Source: a bacterium (GTDB lineage Bacteria; Actinomycetota; Acidimicrobiia; Spongiisociales; ZC4RG35). Taken from it: DNA of 64,000 nt. The stretch lies in assembly GCA_028819345.1 (NCBI GenBank), contig JAPPLW010000099.1, forward strand, positions 3,061 through 67,060, read 5' to 3'. Position 1 is the first letter of the stretch. The number at the start of each line of letters is the position of its first letter. Positions 29,018 through 38,214 of this stretch are shown here, piece by piece. Both the position numbers and the translations under genes were made by a program. The notes below the pieces were generated by a model, which saw only the letters and a program-made list of their open reading frames with translations, searched no databases and was not told where the DNA came from.

Positions 29018-30402
29018 GCGACAGCCCGAACCGGGTCCTGGTGGTGGGAGGCGGATTGGCCGGTTTGGCTGCGGCAGTGGAAGCCGTCGACCGGGGAGCC
29101 AACGTGACATTGCTGGAGCGGCGTCCCCGTCTGGGCGGCGCCACCTGGTCGTTCCAGCGCCGGGGGATCTGGTTTGACAACGGCCAGCATGTGTTCCTAC
29201 GTTGCTGCACCGCATACCGGACATTCCTAAAGCGCATCGGCGCAGCGGACCGCGTGTTCCTTCAACGCCGATTGGACATTCCCGTGCTTCGGCCCGGCGG
29301 TCCAAGCGGCGCCATCCGGCGCACCGCCGGTCCCGCCCCCCTGCATCTGGCTCCGGCGTTGTTGACCTATCCCCACCTGAAGTTCCGCCAGCGCCTGCGG
29401 GTGCTGCGAGCAGGGAGGGCTCTCCGCCGTCTCGATCCCGACGATCCGGCGCTGGACGACGTCGCGTTCGGCGACTGGCTTTCCGAACACGGCCAGGACC
29501 CGGCCGCCGTTGAGACCTTCTGGGACCTGGTGGTGCTGCCCACGGTCAATGTCACGGCCGCCCAGGCATCCCTCAAGCTCGCCGCAAAGGTGTTCGTGAC
29601 CGGATTGCTGACCGACGCCCCCGCGGCCGACGTCGGCTGGTCCAGGGTGCCCCTGGCGGCCCTGCACGGCGACGCCGCCCGGCGGACCCTGGAGTCCGCC
29701 GGTGCAGTGGTGAGGACTCGGGCCGGTGTCACCGGCGTGCGGACCGACTCCTCCGGCGGCCTCACCGTGCAGATCGACGGAGCGCTGGCGGAGGCGGACT
29801 CGGTGGTGGTGGCGGTGCCCCACGATGCCGTGGGCTCTCTTCTCCCGCCCGGCAGCCTTCCCGCCCAGGACCGGTTGGGAGATCTCGGCGTGTCGCCGAT
29901 CATCAACGTGCACCTGGTGTACGACCGTCCGATCACCGATCTGGGTATGTTCGCCGCCGTTGGAAGCGACGTCGAGTACGTGTTCGACCGGACCGAGGCG
30001 GCCGGCCTCGATGACGGCCGCCAGTGCCTGGCCCTCTCCCTGTCGGCGGCCGATGCCTACCTCGGATGGAGCGCAGCGGACCTTATTGCCCACTTCAGCG
30101 CCGAGTTGGCCCGCCTGCTGCCCGCCGCTGCCCGCGCAACCCTTACCGAGTCGATCGTCACCCGGGAGCCAACCGCCACCTTCAACGGCTTGCCGGGAAC
30201 CCACCGGCTCCGCGCCGGCGCAGAGTGCGCCACACCGGGTGTGTACCTGGCGGGGGCTTGGTGCGATACGGGGTGGCCGGCCACCATGGAGGGCGCGGTT
30301 CGCAGCGGGACCCGAGCAGGACGGCTGGCCGCCCGGTTCGCAGCCGCCGCCCCGACTCGCTCCCCCACAGTCCGTCGTTCGGCCGCGCCGATACAGGCAT
30401 GA
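29014..30402 (+). CDS. hpnE: hydroxysqualene dehydroxylase HpnE (FAD-dependent amine-oxidase/phytoene-desaturase family)
   Basis: RVLVVGGGLAGLAAAVEAVDRGANVTLLERRPRLGGA dinucleotide motif. 462 aa. Overlaps hpnD by 4 nt and the next gene by 4 nt. Confidence 0.8.
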   Translation: MSDSPNRVLVVGGGLAGLAAAVEAVDRGANVTLLERRPRLGGATWSFQRRGIWFDNGQHVFLRCCTAYRTFLKRIGAADRVFLQRRLDIPVLRPGGPSGAIRRTAGPAPLHLAPALLTYPHLKFRQRLRVLRAGRALRRLDPDDPALDDVAFGDWLSEHGQDPAAVETFWDLVVLPTVNVTAAQASLKLAAKVFVTGLLTDAPAADVGWSRVPLAALHGDAARRTLESAGAVVRTRAGVTGVRTDSSGGLTVQIDGALAEADSVVVAVPHDAVGSLLPPGSLPAQDRLGDLGVSPIINVHLVYDRPITDLGMFAAVGSDVEYVFDRTEAAGLDDGRQCLALSLSAADAYLGWSAADLIAHFSAELARLLPAAARATLTESIVTREPTATFNGLPGTHRLRAGAECATPGVYLAGAWCDTGWPATMEGAVRSGTRAGRLAARFAAAAPTRSPTVRRSAAPIQA

Positions 30403-31418
30403 AACGTCGTCGCACTCCCGAAGTGCTGGAATGGGCCCGCACTCTGGTGGAGCCGGCTCTGGAGGCAGCCACCGGGCGCCTCCCACCTGATCTGGGGCTC
30501 CCGGCCCGCTATCACTTCGGCTGGGTCGACGCCTGCGGATCGCCGCTCCCCAAGAGTCTCCACGGCAAGGGCGTACGTCCGACCCTGGCCCTCCTGTCTG
30601 CCGCAGCGGTCGGCGCACCGGCCGAGGTGGCCCTCCCCGGCGCAGTCGCCGTCGAACTGGTCCACAACTTCTCCCTGGTCCATGACGACATCATCGACGA
30701 CGACGCCGAACGGCGCCACCGGGCGACCGTGTGGAAGGTGTTCGGCGTGGGGGACGCCATCATCGTGGGCGACGCGCTGATGGGACTCGCTTTCGAGTTG
30801 CTTCTCGAGGAAGCCGCGCCCGCCCGTACCGCCGCGGCGACCGACCTGGTCCAGGCCACGATGGCGATGATCGCCGGCCAGTACATGGACATGTCCTTCA
30901 ACCGTCAGGACACCGTCGGGGTGACGGAGTGCTGGGAGATGGTGTCCCGCAAGACGGGCGCTCTGCTGGCGCACGCAAGTGCGGTGGGGGCGATCCTGGC
31001 TGACGCACCGCCCGAGACCGTCGAGGCGCTGCGCCGTTTCGGCCGTGAACTGGGGCTCTGCTTCCAGGCCATCGACGACCTGCTGGGCATCTGGGGTGAA
31101 CCCGCCGTCACCGGGAAGCCCGCCGGGAACGATCTGCGGGAGGGCAAGAAGTCCATCCCGGTTGCCGTCGCCCTGAGTTCGGGGACCAGGGCGGGCGACA
31201 TGCTGGCCGACCTTTACGCCCAAGAGCATTTGAACGAGAGCGACATCGCCAGGGCGGCAGTCCTCGTGGAGGAGGCGGGTGGGCGCGCCGCCACTGCAGA
31301 AGCCGCCCGGGACTGCATGCGACGCGCCGCCCAGGCCCTAACCGCCGCCGATCTCGAGGAGCGGCCCGCCGAGGAACTGCTGGACTTGGCCAGCTTCGTG
31401 GTCAACCGGGAGTTCTGA
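30399..31418 (+). CDS. polyprenyl diphosphate synthase (FPP/GGPP synthase family)
   Basis: First Asp-rich motif LVHDDIIDDD and second motif region FQAIDDLLGIWG. The track ORF is trimmed to MKRRRTPEVLEWAR at 30399 (ATGA overlap with hpnE). Confidence 0.85.
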   Translation: MKRRRTPEVLEWARTLVEPALEAATGRLPPDLGLPARYHFGWVDACGSPLPKSLHGKGVRPTLALLSAAAVGAPAEVALPGAVAVELVHNFSLVHDDIIDDDAERRHRATVWKVFGVGDAIIVGDALMGLAFELLLEEAAPARTAAATDLVQATMAMIAGQYMDMSFNRQDTVGVTECWEMVSRKTGALLAHASAVGAILADAPPETVEALRRFGRELGLCFQAIDDLLGIWGEPAVTGKPAGNDLREGKKSIPVAVALSSGTRAGDMLADLYAQEHLNESDIARAAVLVEEAGGRAATAEAARDCMRRAAQALTAADLEERPAEELLDLASFVVNREF

Positions 31419-31434
31419 AGGGCTCCGCTCCCTA

Positions 31435-32712
31435 ATGAGCGGTCATCAAATGAACTCGAGTTCGCGCCGCGGCTGGCCTGCTATTTTGAGCCTGGTGAAC
31501 AACCCGCCCGACGTACCAGCGTCCCGGAAAGGGAGGTTCTGGGAGGTCTTTTGGGTTGCGCTCCGATTGGGCCTCACCTCGTTCGGAGGACCGGTGGCGC
31601 ATTTCGGCTACTTCCATGAGGAGTACGTCGAGAGACGGAGGTGGGTGGACGAGGGAACCTTCGCAGACCTCCTAGCCCTCTCCCAGGCGTTCCCCGGCGC
31701 GGCCAGTTCACAACTGGGTTTCGCGATCGGAATCGTGAGGGGAGGACTGCGGGGAGGATTGGCGGCGTGGTTGGGTTTCACCCTTCCTTCAGCCGTCATT
31801 CTCACCACCCTTGGTTTGGGCGCCTCCCGAATCGGCCAGCAGGCACAGGGATGGGTGCACGGTCTGGTGGTGGTGGCCGTGCCGGTGGTGGCCCTGGCCG
31901 TGTGGAAACTGTGGTCCAACCTGGCGCCGGACCCCTTCCGCAGTTCGATGGCGGTTGCGGCTGCGGTCACCCTGATCGCCTTCCAGTCTCCCGCCAGGAC
32001 CACCACGGTGTTGGTGATAGTCCTGGGAGGTCTCTTGGGATGGAGGTTCTGCCGGGATCTCCCAGCCGGCTCCGGCCAACACCGCCTACCGGCTCTCAGC
32101 CGGAAGACGGGAGTGATCGCCGCCCTCGTCTTCCTAGGTCTTCTGGCCGCCCTTCCCATCGCCAGCCGGGTCACCGAATCCGAATTGGTTGAGGTGACCG
32201 ACGCCTACTACGGAGCGGGGGCGCTGGTCTTCGGCGGCGGACCGGTGGTGCTGCCTCTGCTGGAACCGGAGGTGGTCGGCACCGGTTGGGTGGACCCAGA
32301 ACTCTTCATCGCCGGGTACGGCGCCGCCCAGGCCATACCCGGGCCGGTGTTCACGTTCTCGTCGTACCTGGGAGCGGTCATGACTCCGGAGCCCAACGGG
32401 ATACCCGGTGCGGCGCTGGCCATGGTAGCGCTGTTCCTGCCGTCCCTGCTGATGGTGATGGCCACCCTGCCCTTCTTCTCGGCCCTGCGCGCCCACGCCG
32501 GGGTCCAGGCGGCGCTGCGGGGAGTCAACGCGGCGGTGATCGGGATCCTCCTGGTGGTTCTCTACGACCCGTTGTGGACCAACGCCATCCGTGAGCCTTC
32601 GGATCTGGCCCTGGCCCTGGTCGGATTCGGCCTCCTGGCATTCTGGAAGGTGCCGCCCTGGCTGGTTGTCCTGCTAACCGCCGCCGCCGGCGCCTTCATT
32701 ACAGCCTTTTAG
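31435..32712 (+). CDS. chrA: chromate transporter (CHR family)
   Basis: 425 aa. Duplicated CHR domains: FWEVFWVALRLGLTSFGGPVAHFGYFHEEYVERRRWVDE and a second half with GAGALVFGGGPVVLPLL. Confidence 0.85.
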   Translation: MSGHQMNSSSRRGWPAILSLVNNPPDVPASRKGRFWEVFWVALRLGLTSFGGPVAHFGYFHEEYVERRRWVDEGTFADLLALSQAFPGAASSQLGFAIGIVRGGLRGGLAAWLGFTLPSAVILTTLGLGASRIGQQAQGWVHGLVVVAVPVVALAVWKLWSNLAPDPFRSSMAVAAAVTLIAFQSPARTTTVLVIVLGGLLGWRFCRDLPAGSGQHRLPALSRKTGVIAALVFLGLLAALPIASRVTESELVEVTDAYYGAGALVFGGGPVVLPLLEPEVVGTGWVDPELFIAGYGAAQAIPGPVFTFSSYLGAVMTPEPNGIPGAALAMVALFLPSLLMVMATLPFFSALRAHAGVQAALRGVNAAVIGILLVVLYDPLWTNAIREPSDLALALVGFGLLAFWKVPPWLVVLLTAAAGAFITAF

Positions 32713-32795
32713 AAAGCCCGTTCCGGTCCAGACCGGATCCCCGGGACTTCGACCATCTTGAATCTGAGGTTCGGCCCCGGCTGTCGCCGTCCCGA

Positions 32796-33722
32796 TCACC
32801 AGAGAATCTGGTCGGAGGCCCTGTCCACCGCCTGGTCGAGGGGGCCGGTGTAGATGCCGGTGGAGAGGTACTTCCACCCGGCGTCGGGGAATATGGTCAC
32901 CACCGTCCCCGAGCGCATCTCCCTGGCCACCCGCAGTGCAACCGCCAACGCCGCCCCGCAGGAAGGCCCGGCGAACAACCCCTCCGCGGTGAGGAGCAGG
33001 CGAGTGTGTTCGATGGTGGTTCGAAGTCGTACCAGGACTCGCCGGTCGATGCGATCGGCGTCGAAAATGGGCGGGATGTAGCCCGCTTCCATGGAGCGGA
33101 GACCGGTGATGAGTTCTCCCACCGGAGGCTCGGCGGCCACCACCTGCGCTCGTGGGAAGGACTCTCGCACCGCCGCCCCGGCCCCCATCAGGGTGCCGCC
33201 GGTCCCCAGCCCGGCGACCAGAACGTCCACCCTGTCCAGTTGGGTGACGATCTCCCGACCGGTTCCCGCATAATGCGCTTCGACATTGGCCGGATTGGCG
33301 TACTGGTGCAGCATAAGGTAGTCCCCCGATGCGGCCATCTCCTCGGCCACGCGCACCGCACCGTTTGCGCCCTCCGGCTGCGGGGAGAAGATGATCCGGG
33401 TTCCGAATGTCTTCATAGTCTCGATCCGCTCGGTGCTGGAGCCCTCAGGCATCACCACCGTGAGCGGTACGCCCCACAGCATGGCCAGCCGGGCCATGGC
33501 GATTCCCGTGTTTCCCGACGACGGCTCCAGGAGCCGCGTACCAGGCGAAATCAGGCCCTCGGCCCGGGCCTTCTCCATCATGGCCACCGCCACCCGGTCC
33601 TTGAGAGAACCGGTGGGCAAGAACCACTCCAGCTTGGCGTAGACGTCAACCCCCGGAGGGGAGAGCGCCTCCAATCGGACTACGGGGGTGGGAGCAAGAG
33701 CCGTTGACGCCTGGGGGGGCAT
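32796..33722 (-). CDS. cysM: PLP-dependent cysteine synthase, CysM-type (CysO-thiocarboxylate-dependent by context)
   Basis: LPTGSLKDRVAVAMM (PLP lysine), SSGNTGIAMA, GTGGTLMG. ATG 33722 overlaps the cysO stop by 1 nt. The track start TTG 33725 is the alternative. Confidence 0.8.
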   Translation of the reverse strand: MPPQASTALAPTPVVRLEALSPPGVDVYAKLEWFLPTGSLKDRVAVAMMEKARAEGLISPGTRLLEPSSGNTGIAMARLAMLWGVPLTVVMPEGSSTERIETMKTFGTRIIFSPQPEGANGAVRVAEEMAASGDYLMLHQYANPANVEAHYAGTGREIVTQLDRVDVLVAGLGTGGTLMGAGAAVRESFPRAQVVAAEPPVGELITGLRSMEAGYIPPIFDADRIDRRVLVRLRTTIEHTRLLLTAEGLFAGPSCGAALAVALRVAREMRSGTVVTIFPDAGWKYLSTGIYTGPLDQAVDRASDQILW

Positions 33723-33997
33723 CAACCGCCGGCGACCGACGGAAGCACGGTGATCTCCGACGGTTGCGAGATGGGAGTATCCAAACCCTTGAGATAACGG
33801 ATGTCCTCGTCGTTGAGGAAGACATTGACGAACACCGGCACCGAGCCGTCCGGATCGAGGAGTTGGGACGCCAGAGCCGGATACCGCCTGCCCAGGTCGG
33901 AGAACGCCTCTCCCACAGTGGACCCGCAGGCGGTCACCGAGGCGTCCCCTCCGGCGTGAACCCGAAGGATCGTGGGCAGGCGAATGGTATGCATCAT
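33722..33997 (-). CDS. cysO: ThiS/MoaD-family sulfur carrier protein CysO
   Basis: 91 aa, beta-grasp-size. The C-terminus is ...VLPSVAGG, ending in Gly-Gly immediately before the stop. It lies between a JAMM protease gene and cysM. Confidence 0.75.
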   Translation of the reverse strand: MMHTIRLPTILRVHAGGDASVTACGSTVGEAFSDLGRRYPALASQLLDPDGSVPVFVNVFLNDEDIRYLKGLDTPISQPSEITVLPSVAGG

Positions 33998-34010
33998 TGT
34001 GAGGTTACTC

Positions 34011-34439
34011 CTAGGAATGGGCGTCGAAGCTCAGCGTCTTCTCGGTGATCCGGCAATCGCGGATGCTAAATCCTCGCACGGATAGGGCATCGATCCGTTC
34101 CATGCCCACCAGCACGTACAGCCAATCCGGTTCCACGGCCAACGCCACGTCGGTGGAAGACGGGTAGGCGGGGGAATGGGTATGGGAATGGAACACCCCA
34201 ACCAACTCCCAGCCTCTCGATTCCGCATCCCGCATCGCCCCAAAATGCTCGCTCGGGTCAATCACATAGTTGACCGGGGAGTGGGCGATGTTGGTGAGGG
34301 CATAGGCCTTGGTCAGGCGACCATCCGGGTAGCCCGCCAACAACCCGCATGCCTCCTCGGGATAGCAGTCCCGGGCGTGATTGATCATCGTCCGGTGGAC
34401 TGGTTCGGGAACGCGGATAGATGATTGTTCGTCAAACAT
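34011..34439 (-). CDS. mec: JAMM/MPN+ metalloprotease Mec (CysO-cysteine peptidase)
   Basis: EEACGLLAG...HSHTHSPAYPSSTD is the JAMM motif (E...HxHx7Sx2D). The track ORF (256 aa) is trimmed to MFDEQSS at 34439, with GGGGAG 8 nt upstream. The longer form overlaps moeZ. Confidence 0.8.
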   Translation of the reverse strand: MFDEQSSIRVPEPVHRTMINHARDCYPEEACGLLAGYPDGRLTKAYALTNIAHSPVNYVIDPSEHFGAMRDAESRGWELVGVFHSHTHSPAYPSSTDVALAVEPDWLYVLVGMERIDALSVRGFSIRDCRITEKTLSFDAHS

Positions 34440-34474
34440 GAGAGATCTCCCCGCCGGGGGAAAAGCCGAGTCGG

Positions 34475-35653
34475 TCAGACGGTCCTGGCAACCGACCCGG
34501 CGGGCATACAGTACTGGTCGTATTCCACGATGGCGGGCGGCCGATCCTCGTCGGCGCACGCCAGGCAGTCCGGGTTGCGGCGCAGATTCAAGATCCGGAA
34601 GTCCTCGGTCAGGGCATCGTAGGTGAGAAGTTTCCCGACCAGCGGGTCTCCTATCCCGAGAAGCATCTTGATGGCTTCCATGGCCTCGATGGAACCGATG
34701 ATCCCCGGCAGCACGCCCAGCACACCGGCCTCCGCGCAGGAGGGCGCAAGCTCCGGAGGAGGAGGCTGCGGGAAGAGGCACCGGTAGCAGGGGCCGTGGT
34801 AGGGGTGGAAAACACTGGCCTGGCCCTCGAAGCGGAAGATGGCGCCGTGCACCACCGGGATGCGGAGATGCAGCGAAGCGTCATTCACCAGGTAGCGGGT
34901 CGGGAAGTTGTCTCCGCCATCGACAACCAGGTCGTACCCGGACATCACCTCCAGCACATTGGCGGCCGACAGCCGCTCCCCGTAGGGCTCGACCTTGACG
35001 TCGGGATTGAGGGCGGTGAGCGTCTCGCGCGCCGACTCCGCCTTGGACTGCCCAAGCCGGTCCATGTTGTGAAGAATCTGTCGCTGGAGATTGGAGGCGT
35101 CCACCACATCGAAGTCGACCACACCCAGCACTCCCACACCAGCGGCCGCAAGGTAGAGGGCGGCGGGAGAACCCAGTCCGCCCGCACCCACCAGCAGCAC
35201 GCGAGAATTCAATAGCTTGGCCTGGCCTTCCTCTCCAACTTCGGGCAACATGGTGTGCCGGCTGTAACGCACCTTCTGGTCGGAGGAGAGCGTGACCGGC
35301 TCGGACCAGGGACGACCCTCCGCCTTCCACTGGCCGAACCCTCCGGCCATGGACACCACTTTCTTGTAACCCAACTCCTCCAGCGACAGGGCAGCCAGAG
35401 CCGACCGGGCCCCTCCCGCACAGTAGACCACTATCTCAGTGTCGGGATCGGGCACCTGCATGGAGATGGAAGACTCCAAGAGCCCCCTGGGAATGAGGTG
35501 AGCGCCGGGAATGGCGCCCTGCTCGTATTCCTCGTGTTCCCGCACATCCAACCAGAGCACGTCTTCGTCTCCCAGCCGGGGCTCGACTTCGGCCGGGGTC
35601 ACTTCCGTTATCCGGGCCTTGACTTTTCTTAACAAATCCTGAAAGGTAACCAT
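34475..35653 (-). CDS. moeZ: sulfur-carrier adenylyltransferase/sulfurtransferase (MoeZ/MoeB-ThiF family) with N-terminal rhodanese domain
   Basis: Residues ~1-115 are rhodanese (VVYCAGGARSA active-site loop). Then the E1-like domain: LLVGAGGLGSPAALYLAAAGVG, NLQRQILH, CYRC and CLAC zinc motifs. Confidence 0.85.
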   Translation of the reverse strand: MVTFQDLLRKVKARITEVTPAEVEPRLGDEDVLWLDVREHEEYEQGAIPGAHLIPRGLLESSISMQVPDPDTEIVVYCAGGARSALAALSLEELGYKKVVSMAGGFGQWKAEGRPWSEPVTLSSDQKVRYSRHTMLPEVGEEGQAKLLNSRVLLVGAGGLGSPAALYLAAAGVGVLGVVDFDVVDASNLQRQILHNMDRLGQSKAESARETLTALNPDVKVEPYGERLSAANVLEVMSGYDLVVDGGDNFPTRYLVNDASLHLRIPVVHGAIFRFEGQASVFHPYHGPCYRCLFPQPPPPELAPSCAEAGVLGVLPGIIGSIEAMEAIKMLLGIGDPLVGKLLTYDALTEDFRILNLRRNPDCLACADEDRPPAIVEYDQYCMPAGSVARTV

Positions 35654-35700
35654 TTTCGTCTTCGAATCACTTCTCGAATGAGACTCAGAGAATATCTCTT

Positions 35701-36573
35701 CTATCCAACCCCACCCAATCCGGAAATGTTCCCGCGGGCGGCCGACAGGGTGTTGGACATCAGCATCGCCCTGGTCATCAGGCCGACGCCGCCGGGCACC
35801 GGGGTGATAGCGGAAGCTACCTCCGAGACCTCGCCGAAGTCGACATCCCCAACCAGTCCCTCATCGGTGCGGTTGATTCCCACGTCAATGACCACCGCGC
35901 CCGGCTTGACCCAGGAGGCCTTCACCATCTCGGCTCTCCCGACCGCCGCCACCAGGATATCGGCTTCCCGGCAGAGCGACTCGAGGTCGACGGTGCGGGA
36001 GTGGGCGATGGTGACCGTGGCGTCGGCGCCCTTGGTGGCCAACAGCAAGGCCAGGGGCTTTCCCACCAGAAAGCTCCGGCCCACCACGACAGCCCGCTTT
36101 CCGGAGACGGGAAGGTCATAGTGTGAGAGAATTCGCATAACTCCGGCGGGAGTGCAGGGCCGGGGGCCCGGAAGCTCGGCCACCAGGCGTCCCAGGTTCT
36201 CGTTGTGCAGCCCGTCGACATCCTTGCGGGGGTCGATGCACCCTACCACCCTTCCCTCGTCCAGGCCTTCCGGAAGAGGTAGCTGCACCAGGATTCCATC
36301 CACGCCCGGATCTGCGCTCAGGGCATTCACCAGGTCCTCCAACTCTTCCTGGGAGGGTCTTTCCTCAAGTTGGTGATGAATGGATCGAATCCCGACCTTG
36401 GCCGCGTCGCGGCGTTTGGCGCGGACATAGGTGTGAGAAGCTGGATCGTCGCCCACCAACACCGTAGCCAAGCCGGGCACGTAGCCCGACCGGGCCAGGT
36501 CAGCCACTCCTGCAGCCACCTCCTCCATCACCGCCGAGGCGGCCGCCTTCCCCTTCAAGAGCATGGCGGCCAT
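35701..36573 (-). CDS. folD: bifunctional methylenetetrahydrofolate dehydrogenase/methenyl-THF cyclohydrolase
   Basis: The track ORF (441 aa) is trimmed to [15 protein letters not shown]...[23 protein letters not shown] at ATG 36573, which overlaps the purH stop by 1 nt. [17 protein letters not shown] and [10 protein letters not shown] motifs are present. Confidence 0.9.
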   Translation of the reverse strand: MAAMLLKGKAAASAVMEEVAAGVADLARSGYVPGLATVLVGDDPASHTYVRAKRRDAAKVGIRSIHHQLEERPSQEELEDLVNALSADPGVDGILVQLPLPEGLDEGRVVGCIDPRKDVDGLHNENLGRLVAELPGPRPCTPAGVMRILSHYDLPVSGKRAVVVGRSFLVGKPLALLLATKGADATVTIAHSRTVDLESLCREADILVAAVGRAEMVKASWVKPGAVVIDVGINRTDEGLVGDVDFGEVSEVASAITPVPGGVGLMTRAMLMSNTLSAARGNISGLGGVG

Positions 36574-38075
36574 CAGTGACGGAAGTGCCGGCGACCGGTG
36601 AACAGCAGCGCCATCCGGTGCTGGTCGGCGGCGGCGATCACTTCCGCGTCGCGCACCGACCCCCCGGGAGAGACAACCGCAGTCACACCCATGGATGCTA
36701 GGGTATCCAGCCCGTCGGTGAACGGAAAAAACCCGTCGGAGGCAGCGGCCGCGCCCCTGGCGCGTTCCCCGGCGACCGATAACGCCCTTCGGGCAGCCCC
36801 CACCCGGCTCTGATCGCCGGCGCCGACCCCCACCGAGCGGCCGTCCCGGCATATCACCACCGCGTTCGATTTGGCGTGCGCCGCCACCGTCCAGGCCAGT
36901 CTCAGGTCGGAAAGTTGCCCGGCGTCGGGGAGAACTCTTGAAACCACCCGCCACTCGGAGGGGATCGGGACGCCGCGATCGGGCGTCTGGACCAGGAAAT
37001 CGGACCCCAGAGACCGGATCTCCCACTCGGTTGGGCTCCTCGGCGGGGTTTCCAAGACCCGCAAGGAGGGCTTACGGGAGAAGATGGCGATGGCCTCCTT
37101 CTCCACCCGGGGGGCGGCAACCACCTCGACAAACACCTCCCCCAAACCCTCCGCCACAGAGGCTCCCACCGGACAGTTGAACGCAACCACCCCGCCGAAC
37201 GCCGATTGCGGATCGCCCTCCCACGCCCGAGCGAGGGCGTCCACCGGATCCTGCCCGACACCCACCCCGCAGGGATTGGCATGTTTCACGATCACACAGG
37301 CGACCCCCTCCAGGTCTGCTACCAGGCGCGCGGCCGCCTCGACGTCCGCGTAGTTGTTGTAGGACATGGGTTTTCCCTGCAGGCACCGCACTGCCGATCC
37401 CCAAAAGCCTTCACTCTCGGGGGCGTACAGCGCTCCCTGTTGATGCGGGTTCTCTCCGTAGCGGGTCCTTTGGCGGCGGCGCAGGGTGATCACCAGGGGA
37501 TCCGGAAGGGCTTCCGGAGGGGAGAACCACCGCGCGATGGCAGCATCGTATCGGGCGGTGTGAGCGAAGGCTTCGGCCGCCAGACGTCGACGCCGCCCCC
37601 GGTCCAAATCGCCGGACCGCAGCGCTTCGATGACCTCCGCGTACTGATCCGGCGAGGAGACCGCCACCACATGATCATTGTTCTTGGCGGCGGCCCGCAG
37701 CAGAGCCACCCCGCCGATGTCGATTCGCTCGATCCCCGGCTCATGGGCAAACGGGTAGAGGTTGGCGGCCACCAACTGGAAACCCTCGATACCGAACCGT
37801 CGCAGATCCTCCCGGTGGGCGGGATCATCGGGATCGGCAAGAATGCCCCCATGGATCTGTGGGTGAAGCGTCTTGACCCGACCGCCCAGCATCTCGGGAG
37901 CGCCGGTCACGTCATCCGTGGCGGTCACCTCCACTCCTGCCGCCCGGATAGCGCGGGCGGTGCCTCCCGATGAGACGATCTCGGCGCCTAAACACGCCAA
38001 TTGGCGGGCGAATTCGACGATCCCGGTCTTGTCCGCCACCGACAAGAGGGCTCTCTTCACCGCGAAGCCACTCAC
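36573..38075 (-). CDS. purH: bifunctional AICAR formyltransferase / IMP cyclohydrolase
   Basis: 500 aa. [20 protein letters not shown]...GGTARAI (MGS-like domain), C-terminal [10 protein letters not shown]...[11 protein letters not shown] start. Confidence 0.95.
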   Translation of the reverse strand: MSGFAVKRALLSVADKTGIVEFARQLACLGAEIVSSGGTARAIRAAGVEVTATDDVTGAPEMLGGRVKTLHPQIHGGILADPDDPAHREDLRRFGIEGFQLVAANLYPFAHEPGIERIDIGGVALLRAAAKNNDHVVAVSSPDQYAEVIEALRSGDLDRGRRRRLAAEAFAHTARYDAAIARWFSPPEALPDPLVITLRRRQRTRYGENPHQQGALYAPESEGFWGSAVRCLQGKPMSYNNYADVEAAARLVADLEGVACVIVKHANPCGVGVGQDPVDALARAWEGDPQSAFGGVVAFNCPVGASVAEGLGEVFVEVVAAPRVEKEAIAIFSRKPSLRVLETPPRSPTEWEIRSLGSDFLVQTPDRGVPIPSEWRVVSRVLPDAGQLSDLRLAWTVAAHAKSNAVVICRDGRSVGVGAGDQSRVGAARRALSVAGERARGAAAASDGFFPFTDGLDTLASMGVTAVVSPGGSVRDAEVIAAADQHRMALLFTGRRHFRH

Positions 38076-38214
38076 CTCCGGAAGGTCCTGGTCCCGAGCC
38101 CGATCCGGGTCGCCGGCGGCAACCTGGGTAAAGAATCAATGTGTCGCGAAGGTTCACCGCCCGGAGGGGCGGGCCGCCCGGCATTCGGATGATATGTTCT
38201 GGTGCGAGCCGGCG

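Noticed and set aside
29227-31229. 463-aa and 390-aa minus-strand ORFs (29227-30618, 30057-31229)
   Set aside because: They lie antisense to hpnE and the polyprenyl synthase gene, both of which carry diagnostic motifs. The ORFs are low-complexity.
35654-35700. TTCGAAT motifs suggestive of a tRNA T-loop
   Set aside because: The gap is only 47 nt and no acceptor or anticodon stems can be drawn. I read it as an AT-rich promoter/operator-like spacer instead. None of the other intergenic gaps longer than 75 nt shows a GGTTCGAATCC-like T-arm.
38076-38214. Possible ZTP (pfl) riboswitch upstream of purH-folD
   Set aside because: The context is right and GGGCGG/GCCGCC could mimic the pseudoknot. However, the conserved GACUGGCG core and the CCGCCUGGGC 3' box as I remember them are absent (CCGGGCGG and CCGCCGGCGA instead), and I cannot build the P1/P2 helices. 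An Infernal scan with RF01750 is needed to settle it.
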